Shown here piece after piece: positions 11,131 to 23,289 of a stretch of DNA of 64,000 nucleotides. The stretch spans positions 682,001 through 746,000 of the forward strand of contig MU057999.1 of NCBI GenBank assembly GCA_013265495.1, written 5' to 3'. A program made the translations under genes and the position numbers. Numbering within the stretch: the first letter of the stretch is position 1; every line of letters begins with the position of its first letter. The notes beneath the pieces were generated by a model. The model saw nothing but the letters and a program-made list of their open reading frames with translations, was not told the origin of the DNA and did no database searches. Source of the DNA: Vicugna vicugna. Its lineage: Eukaryota.

Positions 11131-13229
11131 CACTTGTAGAATGAGAGGGAGAATAAAAGCAGGAAGAGAAAAAGAAAAAGATAGATAGAAAGAAAGAATT
11201 ACATTAAAAAAAAAAACGAAAAGAAAGAGAGAGAAAAAGTGACGGAAGCCCAGCTGAGAAGTGTTTCCCGGTTGAACCCAGAGATCGTTGTGATTAAGAG
11301 GCCTGCCGACCCAAACTCTGCCCATGGGAGGACGTTTTTACCAGAAGTCTTTCTCCCCTGGAGCCAGGGCTAGCTCACACCTGCTATTTGCAGGAGGCTG
11401 TTCCCAGTGCAGCTTTCGGATGACCCAATCTGCCATCAAGGTCCCTATGTGCTTTATTTGGACTAGCTGGACAAGCCAGGACTTGTTCATGAGCTGGAGA
11501 CTTCTGCAAATAGTGTGTGGATCCCAGAATGGAAGGGCCACGGCTCGCTGGAGAGGTAGGGCCTGGCTGGAGTTTCTGAACCCTCTTTGAAGGGAGACAG
11601 CCTGGGGTCTGCCAGGTGCACAGAGGCGCAGCAGACTCAGTGTGGCCCTCCTCTGACATCCTAGGTCTCTCACTCAGTCTCCAAGAATCACGGGTCCCAC
11701 ACAACATCTCCAGGGTCTGCCTAACTTTTCAGACCACTTTATATTGAACACTTTAGCCAGCACGTAGGCAGCTCTGGAAAGCAAACGAAATCAAACAAAA
11801 ATAGCCTTTCAGGGGCTGGGACACCCTCTCCCAATTCCTTTTGGATTTATTATGAGGCCTAAATGTGCAGAGCCTTAATGCACTCACAGTTTGTTTGAAG
11901 ACTGATCCACTTTCTCTTTATCTTGGAAGCACCTGACCAGCCTCCAACTGTCCTTCTCAGGACCTGAGTCTCTAGAGCAGATGGTGACAGCTCACCTATG
12001 CCTGGTCCTGACCCCCGATGGACAGCTCAAGCTATCCGCACGTGGGTAGTGGACACTGCTCCAGAGGGTACAGGTTAACGATGCTCATTGAGATGAACTG
12101 GAACTGATGGCCATTCAGTCCTCTTCTCACCATGGGCTGGAGCAGTGCTGAGGGTCCTCTGAGATGCTACTGGTGAGGTCAGGTCATCCTGGAGCACGAA
12201 AAGGGCTGTCACAAGAGGGTTGGTAGGGTTCCTCTGCCCCACACACCTCCTCATGGTCACAAGTTCTTTTACTATCTAGAATGTATTTCTTCCCCCAGGG
12301 GCCATGCCAAAACTCAGATATGTACTCAGTGAGAAAGGGGTAGGTTAACCTAGGGCAGCCACTGATCCTTGGATGGCAGACAGGCTGTACCCACAATGCC
12401 CTTGTCCCTGGAGGGCTCAGGGCAAACATCCCGAATCGACCCCATCACTCTTGCTTGCCTAAACTCTGGCCACAGTCCTCCTCAAATGAGCACTCTCAGC
12501 AGCACTACCAATCAATCACGGTTGGCACCAGAAACGAAATCCGTTAGCCATCCTTCCATTAATCTTTTATCAGAGATTAATTTGTCTGATTGGTCAGGGG
12601 TTTCCAACAGCAACGCTTTGCCTGCAGAGGCCAGGGCCCCCAAGGGAGTAGGCTGTGGAAAGAGGGGTTTTCATTACCTTGACGGGTCATTGAGGGAATG
12701 ATCAAGGAGTCTGGGAATTTCGAGGCTCAGTGTGATAGAAGTGGATGTGGGGAGCTCAGCGGTGAGGCCCCTCCAGGCTGGGGACGGCCCTCCTCTTTGC
12801 CTTGTTCTGCACAATCTAGCTGGCTGAACATATGTGCCTCTTACCCATTGCAGCATGAACAAAGTTCTGGCAAACGTCTTCCATTTTGTACATCTTACTG
12901 CTTGATTATCAGGTTTTATGTTGCATTACATAGTCATCAATTGCCAAATATTTGTATCCCTTGAAATTTCAGGGCATTGCCCTGAAATGCTGGGGGACAC
13001 ATGCCCTCCTGCTGCCCTCTGTCCCCAGATGATAAGGTTTAAGAGAGTTGGACCTTGACCACAGAAGGATGCTCAGGCACAATGATTCAGGGTGGGCTGG
13101 GGGACAGCTACACATGTGCGTGTGTGTATGCGTGTGTGTGTGCATGCATATGTACCTGTGTGTACTGGAGAGTCAGGAATAAAATGTATCCCACCTCATT
13201 TACAGAGACAGTCTCAAATAACAGAAAGA

Positions 13230-13350
13230 ATTCAGGCTTGGGAGCCCACAGAGCTGAGCTGGCAATTATTACCTGTGTGACCTCAGTTAAGTTCTTCAGC
13301 CTCTCTGATTAAGAAAAGTAAGGTGTTGTGTGTGCCCAGCATTACTGGAC
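13230..13350 (+). mobile_element. MIR fragment
   Basis: CTGTGTGACCTCAGTTAAGTTCTTCAGCCTCTCTG MIR core. Confidence 0.55.
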
Positions 13351-14538
13351 TATGACTGGTGATCAACTGATGACAGAGAAATAGATAATACATACAACTA
13401 GTTGGGACTGGGTATGAATTTGCCCACAGGGTCTTTCTGTCTAAATTCATTTTTGTTCTACTCCACTGCACGGGCCGCACCACGATTCCGAGTGAGGCTG
13501 GTTGGGAGAAGCAGGCATGATGCTGACACTAGTGTGGTGAGTGGGGTGAGGAGGTCTGGGGCTGGATGGGGTGGAAGGCCCCAGGGCTGTTTTGAAGTCA
13601 CAGGACTGGCCTCACAAACCCTGAAGCCCGGCACAGTGGGCCACCTGACGTTCATTTCAGGGATGTTTGTTTGTTAAAAATGAAGAGTTCTGCCACCACC
13701 AGGGAGAGGCCACATGCCATTTCCAACAAGAACACATCCACTCTTGACCTGGGAGTCTGCAGAGTCACCATGAGAAGCCCAGGCAGTGGAGGATCTCTTG
13801 GAGCAAGTGACAATCATTTATAGCTTCAAAAGACGTTTTTACAAAACTAGCACCATATTAAACCACAGTTTAATAATAATTCAAATAGTACAATTAGGCT
13901 GACAGTGGATAAGATGGTCCCTGCCTTTCTCCCCCCCGCCAGGGTACCATTCTCGAGAGACCCTTTCACCTGTTCCTTCTGTTTACCTCTCTCTGCGGTG
14001 ATACATAATCGTACTTTAGTTTCTTGATTTTCCAGCATTAATATTATCTATTGACTTGTTATTTCAAGATTAGGATTTAGCCTTTTTACACACACACACA
14101 CACACGCATGCATGGACACACTTTTAGTCCTCGGTCCCAATCTGTTTATGCCATAAGATTTGATTAAATAAATACTCAGTGTCTGCTATACTATGGCTAT
14201 AAAAATAATTGACAATTAAACAACCTATTGTTCTACGATTATGTTTCCTTTCTTTAACAACTTACTGTTTATTGTTTTCTGGGAGAGTTAGGAAATGGGA
14301 TAATTGCCTCATTTTTTATTTGCTTTAACTTCATGTCTCTATCACTAATTTTCCAAGCTCTTTTCCAAACCAGCTGGTGTCTATCGGCTTCACGTTTGCC
14401 TGGGGACATCGAACCTGGACTCCTCCATCGCTCCTGGTTTCTCTCCCGGGCCTTCTGAATACCTGTGACTGTCATCCTGTGCCCTCCCTTCACTGTCATC
14501 TCAGCAACTCTTCTCGCCTAGATCCCATTTCTTTTTCT

Positions 14539-14695
14539 CTCTTTAATTTAACTTTAATTTAATTTAATTTGATTTGATTTTTTAATTGATGTATAGTCAG
14601 TTACAGTGTATCAATTTCCAGGGTACAGCTTAATATTTCAGTTATACATATACATACATATATTCGTTTTCACATTCTTCTTCATTATAGGCTGG
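14539..14695 (-). mobile_element. Short young L1 3' end with (TTTAA)n-derived tail
   Basis: ATTGATGTATAGTCAGTTACAGTGTATCAATTTC is the reverse of the L1 terminus; candidate TSD TTTCTTTTTCT at 14528 and 14696. Confidence 0.85.
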
Positions 14696-15139
14696 TTTCT
14701 TTTTCTTAGTTTATCCTCTTGGTTGGTGAATCATGATCTCCTGTGGCTGAGAAAGGGTGCATGATTCCGAGGCCTGGAATATCTGCTGAATTTTTGGGAA
14801 TGTCTTAACTGGCACCTGATTAATAATTTGACTATTTATGGAGTTCTCATTTACACATCATTTTCCCTCATTGTTATAAGGCAACTGTGTCATTGTCTTT
14901 AATGCACTGTTAGCAGTTTCTGTTTAGATGTCTGATGCTACTCTCGTTCCTGATCACTTATATGTGACTTTTATTTGTTTCTCTCTGGAACTTGACCCCA
15001 GTGTTCTGAAACTTCATGATGATGTGCCTTGGGGAGGGTTGGCTTTATTTTTTTTCATCCTTCCATTGTGGTGGACACTTAATAGGCCCTTTCAAAGGAG
15101 AAACTCATGTCCTTTGGTCCTGGGAAATTGTTCTTTTTC

Positions 15140-15270
15140 CATTTTTTTTTAAGTAGGGTAGGTAATTAGGTTTATTTACTTCTTTATCCTTGGAGGAGGT
15201 ACTGGGGATTGAACCTGGGACCTCGGGCGTGCTAAGGATGTGCTCTACCACTTGAGCTATACCCACCCCT
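15140..15270 (-). mobile_element. tRNA-derived SINE (camelid-type)
   Basis: GGTAATTAGGTTTATTT...GGAGGTACTGGGGATTGAACC...CTCTACCACTTGAGCTATACCC; flanks share GTCC..GGAAATT. Confidence 0.9.
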
Positions 15271-16269
15271 AGTCCCAGGAAATTTTCTTGTGTCATTTCT
15301 TTGATAATTCCCTCCCCTTTCATTCCTCTGTTTGATCTTTCTGCAACAACTTTTTTGGACTTTGGAACGCATGAACTGATTATTTTATTCCTTATCTGTT
15401 GTCCCTAATTGTCTTTTTTTTTTTTAATTTCTAACTTCTGGTGAATTTTCTTAACTTTATCTTCTGCTTTTTAAATTGAATTTTAAAATATTATTTTTAA
15501 AAATTTTATAAAACTCTCATTCCCTCATCCCTCCTCAGATATGACATTATTTCTTACATGCTTATGTATTTTCTCTCTCTCTAAATATTTATCTTAAAAT
15601 TTTTCCTTTCTTCTAAATTCTGTTTTTTCAAGTTTTTAAATTTTCTTTTTTTGCTTCAGTTTGTTTGTAGTTATTTGATCTGGTCTCGACTTTTAGCATC
15701 CTTGGCAATCTGCTCGCATTTAAGAGGATGCATAAGGCTTGGTGACTGGGCTTTTATTGTAGGGAGATTAAGCAGGGAGTTGGAGATCTGGTTGGGAGAA
15801 CTCAAATTACAGTCTGTTTTCTCTCGGGGAAGTTTTTTAGTTTCCAGAATATTCTCCAGTTTCCTGCCTGGATATAAACCTGGCCATCAGCAGTCTGGGA
15901 GCCAAGCAGGGTAAGGAGAGGGCTGGGACTTTCAGAATAAGGTCTCACCCCTACTCCTCATCACCTCTGGTGTCTTCCCATTCAAAGCATGTCTGATTCA
16001 GCTTCTCTGAAGCAAACCCCTCCAGTTTCATGTCTGTGCAGAACAGGAAGGGAATCTATGTCTGGATCAGTCAGGATATAGGTTTCGGTAACAACACGGA
16101 AATCTCAGTGACTTAACAAACGTTTACTTCTCACTCACCAGGGTCGCACACTTGGACAGTTCCTTCTCCTCCAAGACCTAGGCCTGGGCTCCTGAGGAAG
16201 GACTTGGAGCAGCCATTCCTTCCTCTTCCTCTTGGCCGAGTCCCATTTGTATTGGAATGTCCACTCCTG

Positions 16270-16720
16270 TACCAGGTAACAGGCATCCATCCAACTAAGC
16301 CAGTCTCATCAAATCATTCTCCCTTCCCCTTGCCAGCAGTTGGTTTGGGGATGGTTTAGGGATGGGCATGTCACCTATTTCCAGCCAATGAGACATGAAG
16401 GGATGTCTGCTGGAAAAGGACTCTTCATTCTGAAATAGGAGATACCTGGAAGAAATAGCCCCTCTTCTTGTCTGATCATGAAGCCAGCAACTATGGCTGT
16501 CAGCTTGTGACCGTGAGGGGGCTGGTCTCCCAGCAGGGAGGTGTATACTGAGAATGGCTGAGAGGAGGGAAGGAGAGAACCGGGGTCCTTGACTGCACCA
16601 TGGAAACGACTGCATTAACCCTTCGCACAGCCTCCGTACTGGGAGCCCCTATTACACGAGGTGATAGATTTTACCTGTCGTCTCATTTGTTCTTGCGCCT
16701 GGAAGCCTCCTAACTGACAG
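16270..16720 (+). mobile_element. MaLR solo LTR (MLT1I/J/K-like)
   Basis: TGGTTTAGGGATGGGCATGTCACC...GCCAATGAGACATGAAGG motifs; an opposite-strand MLT fragment lies near 16065-16140. Confidence 0.6.
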
Positions 16721-16879
16721 AGTAAGAATCCTTGGGGGTGAGTCAACTGTAGCCGTAGCCTCCGGGTCCTGGATGTGGAAGTTAGGCACAGGGGCTAAGC
16801 CGGTGCAGGCTTGATCTGGGGAGTGAGACGTCCTGGGCCACACAGAGCCCGACAAGGGGTGAGAGTGTGAGGTGGTGGT

Positions 16880-17060
16880 GCCTAGTGGTTAGGGCTCGTG
16901 CTCGGGAATCCAGGCTCCAGCACTTGCTTGCCAGGTGGACTGGTTTCCTCATTGTGAAATGAAAGTGATCATGGTAACTTCCTTCTAGGGTTGTTGAGAC
17001 GGTCCAATGAGATAACACCTGTTAAGAGCTCAGGACCATGCCTGCACCGAGCCAGAGCGA
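16880..17060 (+). mobile_element. MIR SINE
   Basis: TAGTGGTTAGGGC...GTTTCCTCATTGTGAAATG...GGGTTGTTGAG...ATGAGATAA. Confidence 0.75.
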
Positions 17061-17300
17061 GGGCTCCTGGCTCTCAGAGGCTGGATGCACTGAGTGCAGA
17101 GCTAGGCCGTCACATCCTCTGCTTAAAAGATGCTGAGCCCCAGAGCCGGGGTGCAGCTGGGGCTGAACCAAGCGGACGCCAGCTGCAGAGAAAGCACGTT
17201 CTCCCAAAGGCGTTAGGAAGGAGTCTTTTAACAATTTGAAATATCACCAGCCTGGGGGAAGTCAGAATTTTGAAGATTAGGAATAACATACATGTGACCA

Positions 17301-17482
17301 ATAGTTCTCAAACTTATGCATGCATCAGAATCATCTAGATGGCTTGTGAAGCATAATTTGCTGGGCTCCATCCCAAAGTTTCTGATTCAGGACGTTTGGG
17401 TGAGCTTGCATATTTGCATGTCTAGGAAGTTCCTAGATGATGACAATACTGCTAGCCTGGGGGCCACAGTTAGAGGACTGCT
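17301..17482. mobile_element. MER5A hAT-Charlie MITE
   Basis: GTTCTCAAACTT...GCATCAGAATCA...GTTTCTGATTCAG...ATTTGCAT...GATGA..ATACTGCT. Confidence 0.8.
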
Positions 17483-18959
17483 CTATTAGAGGAGGAGGAG
17501 AGAGAGCCAGAGCATGAGGGAAAATTGCTTGAGATTGATGTCTTTTTAAAATTTATTTAAAAAAATTATGTTATTATGGAAAAATGTGAACATGCTTAAA
17601 ATAGGGAGCCTTCAGGTACCCATCACTCAGCTTCGACATGCACTCACTCATGTCACATCCTGTGTCCTCAGATGTCCTCTCTTCCCACAGCACCAGCACA
17701 GGCCCTGGCCCCATCTCAGGCTGGCTCCTAGGGCTCAGAAAGAGGCCACATCTTTGGGGTCCAGCTGCAGGGAGGGATGCCTAAGTCAAACTGATTCTGA
17801 AAAGAGTCATAGCTGGGCGTTTTCCCATACCCCTCTGCCAGCCTCAAACATTTCCCACCCCCACCACGGGCAAGCAGCTGAGGTAGTACCTGGCTATCCC
17901 TGGCCAGCTGCTCGGTGGGACTGTAACCACTAGTCTGAAGACTAGCTCTAGTCCAAACAAGCCGGACCCACGCTGTTCAGTCATTCCCTCAACTATGCTG
18001 TGCCTGTTTCTGCTGGGTGCTGGGGGGAGGGGGGACTGCAGTGAATAAGACCCACTCCAGTGCATGGAGAGGCCACTAAACTGGTGACCATCAGATGACA
18101 GGCTCATGCCCAGGGAAGAAGCTAATGCAGAAAGTGTCCTGGGAGCACAGACGAGGATGTCACAACCCCAGGTGGGGAGGCAGGAAATCCAGGGAAATCT
18201 TCCTGCCTTGCTGATGCAGAAGCAAGTCCTCAGGGCTGCAGAGGGGACGCCCTGGCCACCCTTGTTGATGGGCTGTCTGTCTCTCGATATTAGAGTTATC
18301 CCGATTCTTCCTGGCTCACAGGTCCTTCCTGTAATTTGCACGCATGCTCCCCGTCCAACTGGAAGGACCCCGCTGTCCTTCCCCCTCCACACTGAGCCTG
18401 AGCTGGCTGCAGCCTCTCTTGTGTGAGCCCACATGGAGGCCGATGCGGGGTAGCATTGTTGGGGCTTGGTAGGGGCCTTCTGGGCAACCGGTTAGAGGTC
18501 AGCTGCTCCCCAGACTCAGCAGTGTCACAGCTCCCTGTTCCAAATTTCCTCTCTTCTCAAGCAGAGTCGTCGGTGATGAATCACACTCCTCTCAGCTCCA
18601 GGAGTTTCCCCTTCTCCTGGTTCATGTATGGTTCGTGGCTGATTCTGGGATTGTCTGCTCTGTGTACGACAGACATGGAGAAGGGCTGCCCATGTGCATG
18701 TTCAGGATTGAGATTGATGCCAGGAGGGCTGGGCAGCCAGGAAAGGGGTTTTTCTCTCTCTGGAGAGCAGTGGGGGACAGACACACCCCAGAGGGCCTTG
18801 CTTACTTAAAGGGATCCTGGTATCCCACAGGGAGCCAGATGGGGAGGGATGGATGGAAGCACCCAACCAGTGCTCTGCAAATTTCCTCTTTACAAAAATG
18901 TCTGTTTCCCAATCCTCTGATCTCACCAGGGCCCTTTGCTCAAGATCTCTCCTCCCATG

Positions 18960-19330
18960 ACTAGATACAATCCCAGCAATTTATCATCCTCTTTATATTT
19001 AATTAAATTTCTGTCCCCTCTTTAATATTTTCAATTAAGCTCCTAAAGCCAGATCTCGCTTATAGATCTAAGTTTTATATTGTAGGTTCTTTCAAAGGCT
19101 TTGTCAAGGGAGTTATTTTTTATTACTGTTAATCCCGTACAATAAATAACATCAACTCCAATAATGCTACACTCGATACTTTCCCCCGACGCCCGTCTCC
19201 TTCCACATTTATTATTGACTCAATTTATGTTCCTTTAAATCTGTTTCAGTCTGGGTGGCAATACTCTCATTTACTGACTGATCAATTCGAATTTGTTTTA
19301 TAAGATTCCATTAATTACTGTGTCCAGTTC
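18960..19330. promoter_or_regulatory. Candidate conserved non-coding element / developmental enhancer
   Basis: Non-repetitive AT-rich island in GC-rich flanks with TTAATTAA, several TAAT/TTTAT, TTCAAAG, ACAAT and TGACTCA. Confidence 0.45.
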
Positions 19331-21099
19331 CTTTGCAGAGCCTGCAACCCTGCATCCCTTCGGTCCCTTTGAACTCCCTCCAGTCCCTCTGGCTGCACAT
19401 TTTCATGGGAATGGTGTCTTTGTTAGGCTGCTGACCCCTGAGATGCTTATGTTATCAGGTGTTTTCAGCCTTATTCATGGCCAAAAAGCAGGTGGCTGAG
19501 TCGCAGGTGTCCCGGCTCTTCCTGACACCCTAGTCCTCTAGGTCTGGCCCCTTCCCTGGTGAATCTCCTGGAGAACCCGCAGGGAAGGAGACGTGAGGTG
19601 CAGAGGGAGGGTCAGTCCCTGAGCAGGGGTACGTGGGACTCGTGTGCAAATGCATTTGTGCATAGCTGGGATTTCCTACAGTCAGCCCAGTCTGCCGTCC
19701 TCATGGCCCCCACCCGTGGGTGGAGCGTGGGCACACTGGCTGGAGCCTCCCTCTCCCATAGGACTGACGTCCAGAGGACATCTGAGTTTTGATGAATTTC
19801 TTCCTTTTCCTTAATCCAAATCCCTCTCCTGTCTTCAGAGTCATGCTTAACAGCCCCCAGCCTCCTCTGCCTCTATCATTTAGAAAGACGGTTAGTTACT
19901 CTGTACTGCCTGATGCCTGGCCACTTTCCATCCTTTCAGCCAGCTGCTTACTTACAGGGAGAACATAAAGGCTGGGCACCCAAATCTTTTCTGTGAGACT
20001 CAAGTGCAGGAGGAGGGAGACGCATGATAAATTCGGGGTGGGGCTAGGGGAGCACCAGGTTCCGAAGGTGCCGTCCACAGACTTACTGAAAGCAGCCTGT
20101 GACTGCCCTCCTGGCCATGGGTATTTGGAAAAGCAATGAGATTTAGACGAGGGCTGGCCTATTGTCTGGAGCAAAACAGGAACTGGTCCAATGACCTTCA
20201 TCTTCTAGGACTTGAGAAGGGACAGTGAAAGGCAAATCGGTTGGTGCAGTATAAAGATCCAAGCATGTGGCCAGTGGTGATGGCAAACATGGGTGATAGC
20301 AGAGTGCTGGGTGAGGCTGTGTGAACTCTTGTTGCTGGGGTCTCGATAGGTTTCCAGCTTCTGTGAGGCCTGCTGGCTGGCAGGGATTCCCGTCCCAGAA
20401 CCACCTCCCACCCTGCCACCCCGCCCCGCCAAGCACTGCTATGTTCTCACAGTGTCAGCCCTGCTACACACACACACGTGTCTTTTTCTTTAGTTAGCTT
20501 GAGTGACCTTATTTTCTGGCAAAACAAAACACCTCACCTTGACTGAGGGGTGACTTGCTAATGAGAACTATCTGTAGAAGACATGAAAATGCTCTTCTGA
20601 AGCCTCATTCCAGCATGTCCTCGGAAAGAGTGTCTTTAATTAGGGTGAAGACAGAGGTCAAGCCAAACGACAGAGAGTGAGTGCACATCCAGGCCACAAG
20701 GCTGGTTTAAGAGGGAAGACAAAAGGAAGTAAGACTGCTTCCAAAAGGGCCTGAAAAGGTTTGTGCAATATGAATTAGGAGGCCTCTTTATGATGAAAGG
20801 TATTTTGAGGCAGAAGCAAGTGCCCGAGAGGAAGGATGAATGCCATGGAGAGCCACCTTACAAGAGAGGTGATCGTGCAAGACCTGACTCCCATCCAGAG
20901 CTCCCTACTGGGCAGGGTGATGGGGGTCATTCAGCCTCTGCCTAGATGTCTCCAGAGTTGGGGAGCTCTCTCCTTCCTTCTTTCCCAGAGGAACCTCTTT
21001 AACCTGCAGGCAGTTGGAAATCTGTTGGTCTCCCTGACAAACTTCTAGTCTCCCTTTTCCTGGAAAGAGCATCTGGGTTATTCTTCCTTTGGAGAACCA

Positions 21100-21508
21100 C
21101 CCGTCCTCCAGTCCCAGTCCTTGTGGTTTGGGCAGGACTGACCCGGTCCTCAGCTTTGGTGATGGGCATGTGATCCAGGCCTGCTGCATCAGCCTGTTTC
21201 ACACTCTGGCCGTGATGACTCGCTCAGAAATGGGCCTGTGCCCAAACTGTCCAACGAAAGTCAACCCTGAGAGTTTTGACGGAGCCCTTGGAAAGGAGAC
21301 GTATTCATTCTCGTGGTTGTTAAACTGATGGGATCTGAGTCTGGTGCTTCTAGTGACTGTTTTGCCACCACTGGAAAAGAATATGTCCAAAAATGAAGCC
21401 AATATAGAGAAAAACAGTGTGGAATGATGGACTACCTGAGACCTATTTCTGGACTTTCCATGTGGCTGAAGCCAATTTGCATTTGGTTCCTGAGTCCTGA
21501 ATGATACA
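21100..21508 (+). mobile_element. MaLR solo LTR (MLT1K/L-like)
   Basis: GATGGGCATGTGATCCAGGC...TTTCTGGACTTTCCA...GAAGCCAAT...TGATACA end. Confidence 0.65.
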
Positions 21509-21634
21509 GGAAGCTTTGAATTATTAGAATTATATTACTTCTTTATTTATTGGGGTGACAATCTTCCTTTCTTGATCTTTGTTCTGCCCTCTGTGTCACA
21601 TAGAAAACATCCATTTCCTCTTTTACAATAGCCC

Positions 21635-23002
21635 TTATTATTTTTATTTACTTATTTTTAATTGAAGTATAGTCAGTTACAATGCATCATCCATTTCAGC
21701 TGTATAGCATAAACATATATATATTTGTTTCTCATTTTCTTTTTCATTATAAGTTACTACAAGATATTGAATAGAGTTCCCTGTGCTATACAGCATGAAC
21801 TTGTTGTTTATCTATTTTATATATAGTATTTGATATCTCAAATCTCAGACTCCCAGTTTATCCCTTCCCACCCCCTTTCCACACTGATAACCATAGATTT
21901 CTTTTCTATGTCTGTGAGTCTGTTTCTGTTTTGTAAATAAATTCATTTGTGTCTTTTTTTTAGATTCCACATATGAGTGATATCATGTGATATCATGTGA
22001 TTCTTTCTCTTTCTGGCTTACTTCACTTAGAATGACAATCTCCAGGTCCATCCATGTTGCTGCAAATGGCATTATTTTATTATTTTTAGGGCTGAGTAGT
22101 ATTCCATTGTATAAATATAGCTTCTTTATCCAGCCATCTGTTGATGGACATTTAGGTTGCTTCCTTGTCTTGGCTATTGTAAATAGTGCTGCTATGAACA
22201 CTGGGGTGCATGTGTCTTTTCGAATTAAGAGTTCCCTCTGGATATATGCCCAGGAGTGGAACTGCTGGATCATAGGGTAAGATTATTTCTAATCTTTTGA
22301 TGAATCTTCATATTGTTTTCCACAATGGCTGCACCAAACTACATTCCTACCAGCAGTGTAGTAGGGTTCCCTTTTCTCCACACCCTCTCCAGCATTTATC
22401 GCTTTTGAATGATGGCCATTCTGCCTTTCTGAATGATAGTTCCCTTTTCTCCACACCCTCTCCAGCATTTATCGCTTTTGAATGATGGCCATTCTGACTG
22501 GTGTGAGGTGATACTCATTGTAGTTTGATTTGCATTTCTCTGATAATTAGTGATATTGAGATTTTTTTCATGTGCCTATTGGCCACTTGTATGTTTTCAT
22601 TGGAGAACTGCTTATTTAGGTCTTTTGCTCATTTTTGTATTGGGTTATTTGTTTTTTGTTATTAAGTTGTATGAGCTGTTTATATATTCTGGAAATTAAG
22701 TCTTTGTCAGTTGCATCATTTGCAAATATTTTCTCCTATTCTGTAGGTTGTTGTTTTGTTTTGCTTATGGTTTCGTTTGCTGTGCAAGATCTTAAAAGTT
22801 TAATTAGTTCCATTTGTTTATTTTTGTTTTTATTTCTATTGCCTGGATAGACTGCTCTAGGAGAACATCACTAAGACTTATGTCAGACAATGGTTTGCAT
22901 CTGTTTTTTTCTAGGAGGTTTATAGTGTCTTGTCTTATGTTTAAGTCTTTAAGCCATCTTGAGTTTACTTTTGTGTATGGTCTAACTTCATTGATTTACA
23001 TC
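21635..23002 (-). mobile_element. 5'-truncated young L1 (ORF2 C-terminal remnant plus 3' UTR)
   Basis: Minus-strand peptide KDTCTPVFIAALFTIAKTRKQPKCPSTDGWIKK; T-rich tail at 21635-21660; same family as 3163-4331. Confidence 0.95.
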
Positions 23003-23039
23003 CAAAACTAACCTTTATTTAAAGATATTATAGCTTGTC

Positions 23040-23285
23040 TTTACTTCTGGAGTATAAACCTGATCAATCATTTTATCTCTTCTCCCTATGACAAGATTTC
23101 TAATCCCTGCAGTATGCACGTTACTTTGTAGACAAACTATGGCTTTCCAACATTCCTCTTAAATGTGGCTCTTACGTTGGAGCCTGGGATTCCAGATGTG
23201 GTCTGATCAGATCAGAGTACACAAGGCTACCTTTTCCTTGTTGGAGTATACCCACTACTTTAATTAATCCAGTTTAAGACTCCAA
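23040..23285 (-). mobile_element. CR1/L3 LINE fragment (part 1)
   Basis: TCCAGATGTGGTCTGATCAGATCAGAGTACA...TACTTTAATTAATCCAG resembles reverse L3. Confidence 0.6.
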
Positions 23286-23289
23286 TTTG

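Larger units (their letters stand above)
13830..16020 (-). mobile_element. Ancient L1M/HAL1-like fragments hosting younger insertions
   Basis: GTCTGATGCTACTCTCGTTCCTGATC...AGTGTTCTGAAACTTCATGATGATGTGCCTTGG resembles reverse old L1 ORF1-region sequence; boundaries are approximate. Confidence 0.5.
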
